Assembly (NCBI GenBank): GCA_000989565.1
Contig: LBOO01000003.1
Coordinates: forward strand, 22,832 to 86,831
DNA: 64,000 nucleotides
Reading direction: 5' to 3'
Source of the DNA: Candidatus Peregrinibacteria bacterium GW2011_GWA2_33_10
GTDB taxonomy: Bacteria > Patescibacteriota > Gracilibacteria > UBA1369 > GWC2-33-13
A program made the translations under genes and the position numbers. Shown in pieces: positions 10,482 through 19,090 of the stretch. Numbering within the stretch: position 1 is the stretch's first letter; every line of letters starts with the position of its first letter. Below the pieces are notes generated by a model. It searched no databases. It had not been told where the DNA came from and saw only the letters and a list, made by a program, of their open reading frames with translations.

Positions 10482-11759
10482 TTATTTTATCTTAATTGTA
10501 TCTCTTCCTCCCAGATATGGTCTTAATATTTCCGGGATTGTTATGGAATTGTCTTTGTTCTGATAGTTTTCGATGATGGCGATTAAGGTTCGTCCTACGG
10601 CGCAGGCGGTGCCGTTCAGGGTGTGCACAAAGACGTTTTGACCGTTTTTGTCTCGGAAGCGGATATTGGCGCGGCGGGCTTGATAATCGGTGCAGTTTGA
10701 GCAGCTGGTTAATTCTCGGAATTTGTTTTGAGTTGGGATCCAAGCTTCAATGTCATATTTTTTGGCTGCGGGAGCGCCTAAATCTCCGGAGCAGATGTTC
10801 ACGACTTGGTAATGAAATCCTAAGTCCTGCATGATTTCTTCTTCTATGCTTAAAATAAATTCGTGTTCTTTTTCGGAGTTTTCAGGATGGCAGAAACTGT
10901 ACATCTCAATTTTGTCGAATTGATGAACGCGTAAGATCCCCGAGGTGTCTTTACCATAACTTCCGGCTTCGCGGCGGAAACACGTGGAAAAACCGCAATA
11001 GTGCATTGGAAGGAGTTTTTCGTCTTCTATAATTGAATCTGCGTGAAGCATTGTTAATGGAACTTCTGATGTTCCGACCAAATAAAGTTGGTCTTCTTCA
11101 GGATTCACTTTGTAAATTTCGTTTTTATCCGCAGGAAAAAAACCTGTAGCCCACATTGCTTCTTCTTTGACCAAAACCGGAGGAATTACCGGTGTAAAGC
11201 CTTTGCTTACCAATTTGTTAATTATGTGTTGTACAAGTGCCAATTCTAGCAATACAGCTTCGTTTTTTAAATAATAAAACCTTGAGCCGGACATTTTAAC
11301 AGCTGTTTCAATGTCAATGATATTCAATTTTTTTCCGAGTTCCGCGTGATCCAATGGAGAAAAGTCGAATTCAGGTTTTGAACCGATAATTTTTAAAGGT
11401 TTATTTTCGCTATCATCCTTGCCCACTATTACGGAGGAGAGAGGAGGATTGGGGACGCGGCTTAACAAATCATTAAATTCTTCTTCTATTGTATTTAAAA
11501 TTGGCTGGAGCTCTTTTTCTTTTAGCCCGATTTCTTGCATTTTTTTGATGGCAGATTCTTTTTCAGTTCCTTTTAGAGAGGCAATTATTTCTGATGCTTT
11601 GTTTTTTTCGGATTTTATTTCTTCAATTTTTTGTATTGTTTCTCTGCGGCGTTTATCCAAATCCAAAATTTTATCTATTATTTCGGGGTTATGCTGTTTT
11701 TTTACCATGCCTTGTTTATAATGTTCGGGATTTTCGCGAATTAATTTTATGTCGATCAT
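10482..11759 (-). CDS. serS: Seryl-tRNA synthetase
   Basis: 425 aa. N-terminal coiled-coil arm MIDIKLIRENPE..., and class II motifs FRREAGSYGKDTSGILRVHQFDKIE and GTACAVGRTLIAIIENYQ. Confidence 0.95.
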   Translation of the reverse strand: MIDIKLIRENPEHYKQGMVKKQHNPEIIDKILDLDKRRRETIQKIEEIKSEKNKASEIIASLKGTEKESAIKKMQEIGLKEKELQPILNTIEEEFNDLLSRVPNPPLSSVIVGKDDSENKPLKIIGSKPEFDFSPLDHAELGKKLNIIDIETAVKMSGSRFYYLKNEAVLLELALVQHIINKLVSKGFTPVIPPVLVKEEAMWATGFFPADKNEIYKVNPEEDQLYLVGTSEVPLTMLHADSIIEDEKLLPMHYCGFSTCFRREAGSYGKDTSGILRVHQFDKIEMYSFCHPENSEKEHEFILSIEEEIMQDLGFHYQVVNICSGDLGAPAAKKYDIEAWIPTQNKFRELTSCSNCTDYQARRANIRFRDKNGQNVFVHTLNGTACAVGRTLIAIIENYQNKDNSITIPEILRPYLGGRDTIKIK

Positions 11760-11824
11760 AAAAGAAGATAAATTTTAAAATCGTGTTTATCTTAAGGGTA
11801 ATATTATTTGTTGTAAAGGATACC

Positions 11825-12217
11825 TTAAATATCAGATTCAACCACTTCAAATATTTGTTCTTTTTTGATTTCTTTGATACTTTTATGTTTTCTTTCTTTA
11901 TGGTTTATTTCTCCGCGTATTTTTTCTTTTTGCTTTTTTAGTTGAACAATTAATTTGTCGCTGAGAATGTCGAGAGGTTTGTTTATTTCATGAGAAGAAT
12001 CTTCTGCGTGCAATGTGCTGAAAGGTAAATCAAGTTGGACTTTTGCTGTATAACAGTTGTGTTTTTTGTGATATTCGAGAGTTAAATGGCAAATGCCGAT
12101 TTCCTGATCTTCGGAAGAGATAAATTTAGAAACTTTTTTTATTTTTTTTTCAAGGTATTTCTGTGCATTTTCTTTGTCCTTCTCTGTTAGATTTTTGAAA
12201 AAATAATTAAATTTCAT
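11825..12217 (-). CDS. Ribosome hibernation factor-like protein (HPF/RaiA family, tentative)
   Basis: 130 aa. The pattern FKNLTEKDKENAQKYLEKKIKKVSKF ... HAEDSSHEINKPLDILSDKLIVQLKKQKEK matches the alpha-beta layout and the A-I-D...KL..Q..K signature of HPF/YfiA by eye. Confidence 0.55.
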   Translation of the reverse strand: MKFNYFFKNLTEKDKENAQKYLEKKIKKVSKFISSEDQEIGICHLTLEYHKKHNCYTAKVQLDLPFSTLHAEDSSHEINKPLDILSDKLIVQLKKQKEKIRGEINHKERKHKSIKEIKKEQIFEVVESDI

Positions 12218-12277
12218 AAAAACCTTTGGTTACATTTTTTTACATGATAGGTCTCTTAATTTTTTAATGCAAGTTTT

Positions 12278-13549
12278 TTAACTTTCCAATTTTTTTTGTA
12301 GTATAATTAATTGTTTTTTTAATCTTTTAAATAAATTTAAATATCTTTTTTGACGTTCCAGCATCTCTAAAATTTCTTTGTGTTCAGCTTGTAGTCCTAT
12401 TAATCTTTCTCTTTCTATTTGCGCTTCTTCAGTATTTGCTTTTTTTAATCGGCCAATTTCAGTTGTTAAATTTGTCATTATTGTGATTTTTTGAGAAATT
12501 TTTTCCGGAACTTCAATATAAATATTTATTTTTTCTTGAATTATTTCCTTCCAGTAAATAATTAATAATTTTATTGTTTCTACTACGGTTTCTTGTAGAT
12601 TTTGGTCATTTACAGCTTCTATCAGCTGTAATTTTGTTTCTTCAAAAAGTTTTTTAATTTTTTCCAGTTCTTGTAGTCCAATTTCGGCTTCTGTTGGCTT
12701 AGAGGTCGCTATCATATCAATACTTTCTCTTATATTATTTGTATTTTTTTCTTCAGGTGATTTATAAGACGGTACAATATCCATAATTTGCGGAATTTCT
12801 GAATTATCTTTTTTTGTAATAAGATTTTTCGGTGATTCCGCTGTTTCAATTTCCTTAATTTTATCAAGATCTTTTTGATCTTTATTGCCTTGAATAAAAT
12901 CAATAATGTCTTGCAGCAATTTTTTTATTGATGAGATTTTGTTTTGATCTATATTCGTGGTATTAAGCTGATTGGAAATAAATTTAATTTTTGAGGAAAT
13001 TTCTTGTATTTGTTTTGGGATTTCTTCAGTTTGTTTTTCCGCATCTTGATTTTCCGAATATGAATTTCTAAGAAGAAATTTGATTTCGTTAATCATTTTA
13101 TGGAACGGGGGATAAATTTGTCTTTCAATACTTATATTTTTGATTTCAGAGGCAAATTGGCACTGGAAATTTAGTATTGTTTCCAGTTTTTGCTCGTATT
13201 CTATTGAATTTTGATTTTTCGATCCTTCAGTAATTTTTTTTTCGGACGATGAGGATGGTTTTTCAATAATTGAAGGTTTGCCTGATAAGCTTGCGAAAAT
13301 AGTGTCTAAAGTTATTTCTTGATCTGCTTTGTGTTGATTTTTGAATGTTCGAAATTTTTCAATTTCCTCTAAGAGAGGTGAGTTCTGTGGTTCTTCTTTT
13401 TGTATTTCGTCAGTTTTTAAACTTAGATCGGCAACTAAAGATTCGAATGTATTTTTGGATATTGGTGGAATGAATTTTAATTTTCCTTTTTTAGTTCGTT
13501 TCACTATTTTTGGGGCTTGATAACCTTTTTCGTCCTTTTCTTTAGTCAT
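12278..13549 (-). CDS. Hypothetical K/E/Q-rich, probably coiled-coil protein
   Basis: 423-aa uninterrupted ORF with no TM segment or signal peptide. Heptad-like charged repeats occur throughout. I recognise no family. Confidence 0.6.
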   Translation of the reverse strand: MTKEKDEKGYQAPKIVKRTKKGKLKFIPPISKNTFESLVADLSLKTDEIQKEEPQNSPLLEEIEKFRTFKNQHKADQEITLDTIFASLSGKPSIIEKPSSSSEKKITEGSKNQNSIEYEQKLETILNFQCQFASEIKNISIERQIYPPFHKMINEIKFLLRNSYSENQDAEKQTEEIPKQIQEISSKIKFISNQLNTTNIDQNKISSIKKLLQDIIDFIQGNKDQKDLDKIKEIETAESPKNLITKKDNSEIPQIMDIVPSYKSPEEKNTNNIRESIDMIATSKPTEAEIGLQELEKIKKLFEETKLQLIEAVNDQNLQETVVETIKLLIIYWKEIIQEKINIYIEVPEKISQKITIMTNLTTEIGRLKKANTEEAQIERERLIGLQAEHKEILEMLERQKRYLNLFKRLKKQLIILQKKLES

Positions 13550-13659
13550 AATAGAGATTGTAAAATTTTAGATTTTAAATTATAAAATGTTTTAAATAAA
13601 AATCAATAGTATTTTTTCTTTATTCCTATTAAATATAATTGTATTTTTAATTTTTTATT

Positions 13660-14307
13660 ATGAAATTTACAGTTTTAACTTTATTTCCGGATATGTTTAA
13701 GTCCTATTTGGGGGATTCGATTTTAAAAAGGGCTATTTTGAAGAAATTAATTAAAATTGAAATTTTGAATATTCGGGATTTTGCTAAAGATAAACATAAA
13801 CAAGTTGATGATACGCCATACGGGGGTGGTGCCGGAATGCTTCTTTCTTGTTCGCCGATTTTTGATGCTGTAGAACATGCGAAAAAAACCAATAACGGCA
13901 AAGTTATATTTTTTTCTCCTCACGGAAAGCTGTTGAATCAAGCAAAGGCACGAAAGTTAGCGAAAAAAGATGAAGATTTTATTTTGCTTTGCGGGAGATA
14001 TGAGGGGGTGGATCAAAGAGTTGTTGATGCTTTAGTTGATGAGGAAATCTCGATTGGAAATTATGTTTTGACAGGAGGCGAGCTTGCCGCGATGGTGTTT
14101 GTTGATGTTCTTTCCAGGCTAAAGCAGGGTGTTTTAGGGGATAAGGCATCTTTTGAGGAAGATTCTTTTTCTTTAAATTTAAACGGTAAAAAAGAATATC
14201 CGCAATATACGAAACCTGCTGTATTTAGAGGCATGAAGGTTCCGGAAGTGCTTCTTTCCGGTAATCATGCGGAAATTGAGAAATGGAAGAAGCGGAATTT
14301 GAAATAA
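13660..14307 (+). CDS. trmD: tRNA (guanine37-N1)-methyltransferase
   Basis: 215 aa. MKFTVLTLFPDMF..., DDTPYGGGAGM and GRYEGVDQRV are the TrmD SPOUT-knot motifs. Confidence 0.93.
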   Translation: MKFTVLTLFPDMFKSYLGDSILKRAILKKLIKIEILNIRDFAKDKHKQVDDTPYGGGAGMLLSCSPIFDAVEHAKKTNNGKVIFFSPHGKLLNQAKARKLAKKDEDFILLCGRYEGVDQRVVDALVDEEISIGNYVLTGGELAAMVFVDVLSRLKQGVLGDKASFEEDSFSLNLNGKKEYPQYTKPAVFRGMKVPEVLLSGNHAEIEKWKKRNLK

Positions 14308-14413
14308 TTTTTATTGCAGATAATTTGATTATAATCTATTTTTAAATGCGTACTTATGTTCTCTAAAAAAGAATAATATAATTTAAAAGATTGAGCAGTA
14401 TATTTAATTTTTT

Positions 14414-15508
14414 ATGAATAAGAAGGCTTTTACTTTATTGGAAATAATTATCGTTTTAGGAATTTTAGGAATATTTTTAGGTGCGGGTACTTTTTTTTCT
14501 GCGGGATTTATAAGTAGAGAGTATTTGCGGACCGATACTGAAAATTTAATTTTTGTTTTGCGTGAAGCCAGAAGTAGGGCTCAAAGCGGATATGAAAATG
14601 ATTCGTGGTCAATAAAATTTTTATTGAGTGAGGGAAAATATGTTTTATTTAAAGGTAATGATTATGAAACTCGGGAAATAGCTTTTGATCGCGAGTATTT
14701 TTTGAATAAAACATTAAGTTTCAAGCAAATAGTTTTTGATGGGGGAGATGATATTATGACTTTTTTTAAAAATGATGGATATAGTAAAGAAAATGGAGAA
14801 ATAATTTTGCAAAATGTGAAAGGCGCGAGTGAAAGTGTGTTTGTCAATTATTTTGGGATTATTTCATTAGATCAGAGTAATCCGGCTTATACAGGCGAAA
14901 TTCCGATTATTCCGGATGATACGCTTGAAAAGCAGACGTATAATGTGTTTGTGCCGGTGCTGCAAGATACTTATATTGATAAGGGAGATGAGGATGTCAG
15001 TTTCGGTTCTGAAAACAATATATGGGTGCAATCAAGATTTGTTCTTTGGCATAAACGGGGACTTTTGCGTTTTGATCTAACTGCAATTCCAAATGATGCG
15101 CAAATTGTAAGCGCAAAATTGAAATTATATGTGGTGGATAAGAAAGGAAGCAGTAGGAGTTATGGGATTTATAAAATTATTCAAAATCCTGATCGAGATT
15201 GGATTGAAAATGAGGCTACGTGGTATAGATATAAAATCGGTCAATTATGGACCGGCGGAGGAGGGGATTATGTTGAAACACTTTCCAATACTTTTAATGT
15301 AAGTGCTTTTGATGGTACTCCTTTTTCGGTTCAGATTGATTTGACATCCGATATTGGCGATTTAATCAAAACTCCATTGGATAATTATGGCTGGTTAATA
15401 AAAGATATGGAAGAGGCTGCGACTTTTCAATATTATGTTCAATTCGCTTCCAAAGAACATTCGCAAACCGGTTATAGGCCGTCTTTGAATATCGTTTATG
15501 AATATTGA
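14414..15508 (+). CDS. Prepilin-type (GspH/FimT-like) pseudopilin fused to a DNRLRE/CBM96-like beta-sandwich module
   Basis: N-terminus MNKKAFTLLEIIIVLGILGIF is a class III signal (A|FTLLE, Glu at +5). LREARSRAQS is GspH/FimT-like. The C-terminus DTYIDKGDEDVSFGSEN..RGLLRFDLTAIPNDAQIVSAKLKLYV...WIENEATW fits the DNRLRE-domain pattern. Confidence 0.75.
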   Translation: MNKKAFTLLEIIIVLGILGIFLGAGTFFSAGFISREYLRTDTENLIFVLREARSRAQSGYENDSWSIKFLLSEGKYVLFKGNDYETREIAFDREYFLNKTLSFKQIVFDGGDDIMTFFKNDGYSKENGEIILQNVKGASESVFVNYFGIISLDQSNPAYTGEIPIIPDDTLEKQTYNVFVPVLQDTYIDKGDEDVSFGSENNIWVQSRFVLWHKRGLLRFDLTAIPNDAQIVSAKLKLYVVDKKGSSRSYGIYKIIQNPDRDWIENEATWYRYKIGQLWTGGGGDYVETLSNTFNVSAFDGTPFSVQIDLTSDIGDLIKTPLDNYGWLIKDMEEAATFQYYVQFASKEHSQTGYRPSLNIVYEY

Positions 15509-15587
15509 GAGAGTGCTTCCTGAAGTGCCAGATGTGGCTTTTCTTTGGAAAAAAGGCCGCATATGGCACTTCAAGAAGCGCTCTCTC
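15507..15587. terminator. Very long imperfect hairpin (~36-bp stem) between the convergent pilin-like gene and dnaK; probable bidirectional terminator
   Basis: Base-by-base pairing of GAGAGAGTGCTTCCTGAAGTGCCAGATGTGGCTTTT with AAAAGGCCGCATATGGCACTTCAAGAAGCGCTCTCTC gives 2 mismatches, 2 G.U pairs and 1 bulge. It is followed by GTTTTTATT on the + strand. Confidence 0.6.
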
Positions 15588-15604
15588 GTTTTTATTAAAT
15601 TTTT

Positions 15605-17548
15605 TTATTCTTTGTCTTTTTTCTCTTCATCAACTACTTCGCCTTCCACGATATCTTCATCTTTTTTTTCTTCTTTGTCTTTTTCGTAGACACGGACATT
15701 TTCGTCTTCCTGATTTTGACCGGTTCCTTGAGCTTGTTGGTACATTGCGGCTCCGATTTTTTGAATTTCTTGTGATAAATTTTCTGTTTCTTTTTTAATT
15801 TCTTCAGTATTCGCGTCCTTATTTTCCAATAGTTTTTTGAGAAAGTCGACTTTTTCCTGTACTTGGGTTTTTAAAGATGCATCAACTTTATCTCCCGCGT
15901 CGCGCAATGTTTTTTCCGTTTGATATATTAATGATTCTGCCTGATTTTTGGTTTCAATTTCTTGTTTTTTCTGTTTATCCTCTTCCGCGAATTTTTCAGC
16001 TTCTTTTTTCATGCGTTCGACTTCTTCATCACTCATTCCTGAACTTCCTGTAATAGTGATGTGTTGTTGCTTGCTTGTTGCTTTATCGGTAGCTTTTACA
16101 TTCAATATACCATTAGCGTCGATATCGAAAGTTACTTCGACTTGAGGTATACCGCGAGGTGCCGGAGGAATGCCGTCTAAAATAAATTTGCCTAATGATT
16201 TATTATAAGATGCCATTTCTCTTTCTCCTTGCAAAACGTGAATTTCTACTGAAGGTTGATTGTCCGCCGCTGTTGAGAAGGTTTGAGATTTTGAAGTTGG
16301 GATTGTGGTATTTCTTTCAATTAATTTTGTGAACACGCCGCCCAAGGTTTCAATTCCAAGTGATAAAGGGGTAACATCCAGAAGTAAAACATCTTTTACG
16401 TCTCCTTGCAGTACAGCTCCTTGAATCGCGGCTCCCATAGCCACTACTTCATCAGGATTAATTCCACGATGAGGTTCGCGACCAAAAATTTCTTTTACTT
16501 TTTCTTGAACCGCAGGGATTCTTGTACTTCCTCCAACTAAAATTACTTCATCAATATCCGAAGTGTAAATTTTTGCATCGTCCATTGCTTTGCGGCAAGG
16601 ACTTACGGTTTTTTCAATTAAATCAGCTATTAAATCTTCGAATTTGGCTCTGGTTAATTTGATATTTAAATGTTTTGAATTGCCGCCTGAATCAGCAGTT
16701 ATGAATGGTTCGTTGATTTCTGTTTCATGGCTGGAAGATAATTCAATTTTTGCTTTTTCAGCAGATTGTTTCAGTCTTTGTAAAGCCAATCTGTCTTTTG
16801 ATAAATCAATACCTTCTTCTTTTTTGAATTCACTGATAATCCAATGAATCAAAAATTCATCAATGTCATCGCCACCAAGCTGGGTATCTCCGTTTGTTGA
16901 AAGAACTTCAAATTGTTTTTCGCCTTCTACTGTCGCCAATTCCAATATTGAAACATCAAATGTGCCGCCTCCAAAATCGAAAACCGCAATTTTTTTGTCC
17001 TGGCCTTTTTTGTCCAGTCCATAAGCAAGTGCTGCAGCGGTTGGTTCATTAATAATTCTTTTTACTTCGAGTCCGGCGATTTTTCCTGCATCTTTTGTGG
17101 CTTGTCTTTGAGAATCATTGAAATAAGCAGGGACTGTAATTACCGCTTCTTTTACCTCGAAACCCAAATAGCTTTCAGCATCCGCCTTTAATTTTTGTAA
17201 AACCATGGCAGAAATTTCCGCGGGTCGATGCTGTTTATCTTGAATCATGATTTCCGCTTCGCCTTTTTTGCCTTTCGTTACTTTGAATGGCATTTTTTCA
17301 GCAATATTTTTTATTTCATCATAAGTTCGTCCAATAAGTCTTTTCGCGGAGTAAACAGTGTTTTCGTAATTGGTTATAGCTTGTCTTTTCGCGGGAATTC
17401 CGACTAAGCGTTCTTTTCCCTTGAAAGCTACAATCGAAGGAGTGGTGCGCGCTCCTTCAGAGCTGGGAATTATAACAGGTTCCGTACCTTCCATTACGGA
17501 AACTACTGAATTGGTTGTACCTAGATCAATACCTATAATTTTGCTCAT
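15605..17548 (-). CDS. dnaK: Molecular chaperone DnaK (Hsp70)
   Basis: 647 aa. [18 protein letters not shown] and [11 protein letters not shown] are Hsp70 signatures. Confidence 0.98.
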   Translation of the reverse strand: MSKIIGIDLGTTNSVVSVMEGTEPVIIPSSEGARTTPSIVAFKGKERLVGIPAKRQAITNYENTVYSAKRLIGRTYDEIKNIAEKMPFKVTKGKKGEAEIMIQDKQHRPAEISAMVLQKLKADAESYLGFEVKEAVITVPAYFNDSQRQATKDAGKIAGLEVKRIINEPTAAALAYGLDKKGQDKKIAVFDFGGGTFDVSILELATVEGEKQFEVLSTNGDTQLGGDDIDEFLIHWIISEFKKEEGIDLSKDRLALQRLKQSAEKAKIELSSSHETEINEPFITADSGGNSKHLNIKLTRAKFEDLIADLIEKTVSPCRKAMDDAKIYTSDIDEVILVGGSTRIPAVQEKVKEIFGREPHRGINPDEVVAMGAAIQGAVLQGDVKDVLLLDVTPLSLGIETLGGVFTKLIERNTTIPTSKSQTFSTAADNQPSVEIHVLQGEREMASYNKSLGKFILDGIPPAPRGIPQVEVTFDIDANGILNVKATDKATSKQQHITITGSSGMSDEEVERMKKEAEKFAEEDKQKKQEIETKNQAESLIYQTEKTLRDAGDKVDASLKTQVQEKVDFLKKLLENKDANTEEIKKETENLSQEIQKIGAAMYQQAQGTGQNQEDENVRVYEKDKEEKKDEDIVEGEVVDEEKKDKE

Positions 17549-17579
17549 GAATAAAAGGTTAAGTTATTATAAATCAAAT

Positions 17580-17606
17580 TTGGCACTCATAATTATAGAG
17601 TGCCAA
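17580..17606 (-). promoter_or_regulatory. CIRCE operator (HrcA binding site) TTGGCACTC-N9-GAGTGCCAA
   Basis: A perfect 9-bp inverted repeat with a 9-nt spacer. It matches the consensus TTAGCACTC-N9-GAGTGCTAA at 8/9 positions per arm. It lies 32 nt upstream of the dnaK ATG. Confidence 0.85.
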
Positions 17607-17621
17607 TAGGTTTTTGGTCAA
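17592..17621 (-). promoter_or_regulatory. Candidate dnaK promoter TTGACC-18 nt-TATAAT, with the -10 box inside the CIRCE spacer
   Basis: The minus strand reads ctcTTGACCaaaaacctattggcactcTATAATtatgagtgccaa. Confidence 0.55.
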
Positions 17622-17635
17622 GAGTTTTTTTAATC

Positions 17636-18208
17636 TTATTTTCCGTTACCTACTTTTACTTTTGCCGGTCTTAGAATTTTGTCTCCAAGGGTGTAGCCTT
17701 TTTCAAATTCTTCTATTACTACATCTTTTTCTCCCGGACCTTCCATTAATGTTTCATGCAGGTTTGTATCCAAATGTTCGCCCAAAGCTTTTATTGGTTT
17801 TACTCCGGCTTTTTCGAGTGTCGTATATAGTCCTTTTTCTATATGAATTATTCCTTTGATAAAGTCAGTGTTTTTTAAATCTTCAGGAATATTTTTGAAC
17901 GCCCGTTCAAAATTGTCCAGAGTTGTAAGTATTTCAAGAATTAAATTAGCATTCGCATATTGCACAAAAACTTTTTTTTCTTCTTCTGAGCGTTTTTTAT
18001 AATTTTGTAAATCAGCAAGCGCTCTTTTGGAAGTTTCCGTTAACATGTCATTAAGTTTTTTTACTTCTTCGAGTTCTTGAAGGACTTTTTCCATCTCTTT
18101 GTTTCCAATTTCTTTTTTTTCTTGATTTTCTTTCTCTTCGGTTTCTTTTTGTACTTGCTTTAATTTTTCCAATAAAGGATCGTTTTGATTGGTGTTTTGA
18201 TCTGTCAT
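17636..18208 (-). CDS. grpE: Nucleotide exchange factor GrpE
   Basis: 190 aa. Long N-terminal helix, RALADLQNYKKR motif, C-terminal beta domain ...GYTLGDKILRPAKVKV. Confidence 0.93.
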   Translation of the reverse strand: MTDQNTNQNDPLLEKLKQVQKETEEKENQEKKEIGNKEMEKVLQELEEVKKLNDMLTETSKRALADLQNYKKRSEEEKKVFVQYANANLILEILTTLDNFERAFKNIPEDLKNTDFIKGIIHIEKGLYTTLEKAGVKPIKALGEHLDTNLHETLMEGPGEKDVVIEEFEKGYTLGDKILRPAKVKVGNGK

Positions 18209-18233
18209 TATTTGAAAAGTTTAAGTTATATAA

Positions 18234-18953
18234 TTATTCTTTCTCTTCCAATATGTTTTTTGATTCTTCCACCAAGGCGGAATTTAAAGGATAATCCATT
18301 CTTTTAGGTCCGAGAATGCCAATATATCCTTCGTACCCTTTAAGATTATATTTTGTTACTATGATGCTGCAGCTATTAATTTGAGGTATAATATTTTCTT
18401 CTCCGATAAATATTTTAACTTTGTAATCAATATCCGCATTTTTTAATGCTGACATGAAATTGGTTTCTTCTTCCAATATTTCGATTATTTGGCTGGCTTT
18501 ATAAGGTTGTTTTTGGAATTCGGGTTTTTTTAAAATATTGGAAATGCCGATATAAAACGTTCGGTTATTTTCCGGAATTGTGGCGAAGCAAATGTTATCT
18601 GTAGCTCTGGCCAATATAGAAACCATCTCAAATATTTTTTGTTTAATTTTTTCTTTTTGATATTCTTTTTTGATGTCATGAAAAAATTGTTTGGCAAGTA
18701 TTTTCGCATTTTCAAAATCCGCTAATTCCTCCAAATAAAATCTATATCCGAGTTCAGTTGGAATTCTACCCGCTGATGTGTGCGGTTGTACAATCAATCC
18801 ATCTTTTTCCAACTTTACCATTTCATTACGAATTGTCGCAGGGCTGAATTGAAGATGATAACTTATGATTAGAGATTTTGAACCAACCGGTTCGGCGGTT
18901 TCTATGAATTGTTCAATTATTGCTTGAAGTATTTTTTGTTTTCTATTATCCAT
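18234..18953 (-). CDS. hrcA: Heat-inducible transcription repressor HrcA (short, 239 aa)
   Basis: The N-terminal winged helix RKQKILQAIIEQFIETAEPVGSKSLI...FSPATIRNEMVKLEKDGLI.QPHTSAGRIPT is the HrcA signature. It sits at the head of hrcA-grpE-dnaK. Confidence 0.85.
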   Translation of the reverse strand: MDNRKQKILQAIIEQFIETAEPVGSKSLIISYHLQFSPATIRNEMVKLEKDGLIVQPHTSAGRIPTELGYRFYLEELADFENAKILAKQFFHDIKKEYQKEKIKQKIFEMVSILARATDNICFATIPENNRTFYIGISNILKKPEFQKQPYKASQIIEILEEETNFMSALKNADIDYKVKIFIGEENIIPQINSCSIIVTKYNLKGYEGYIGILGPKRMDYPLNSALVEESKNILEEKE

Positions 18954-18986
18954 TTTAAAAAGTCATTTTAAATTGCTGCAATTAGA

Positions 18987-19015
18987 ATTATATGTCTATT
19001 TGGCGTGTTTGACAA
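18987..19015 (-). promoter_or_regulatory. Candidate hrcA promoter TTGTCA-17 nt-TATAAT
   Basis: The minus strand reads gTTGTCAaacacgccaaatagacaTATAATtctAATTGCAGCAATTtaaaatg... A 6+1+6 palindrome follows the -10 box. Confidence 0.5.
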
Positions 19016-19090
19016 CATTAGCGATGATAGTCACTCACTGAGGTTTAATGACAATCAGAAAGAGAGCAATTACTAATCGTTGCTGATAAC

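Noticed and set aside
10492-10743. Nested alternate-frame ORFs within known genes (10492..10743 in serS, 18530..18715 in hrcA, 13704..13941 antisense in trmD, 55151..55351 in the AMP phosphorylase gene, and similar)
   Set aside because: They are fully contained in well-supported genes, are basic or low-complexity, and have no independent signals.
15498-15798. Small plus-strand ORFs 15498..15689 and 15505..15798
   Set aside because: They start inside the long terminator hairpin and run antisense through the dnaK 3' end.
19030-19065. Possible degenerate CIRCE upstream of hrcA (TTAAACCTC-agt-GAGTGACTA on the minus strand)
   Set aside because: The spacer is 3 nt instead of 9 and the arms match the consensus poorly, 6/9 for the left arm. 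It also lies upstream of the -35 box. I therefore do not consider it an HrcA operator.
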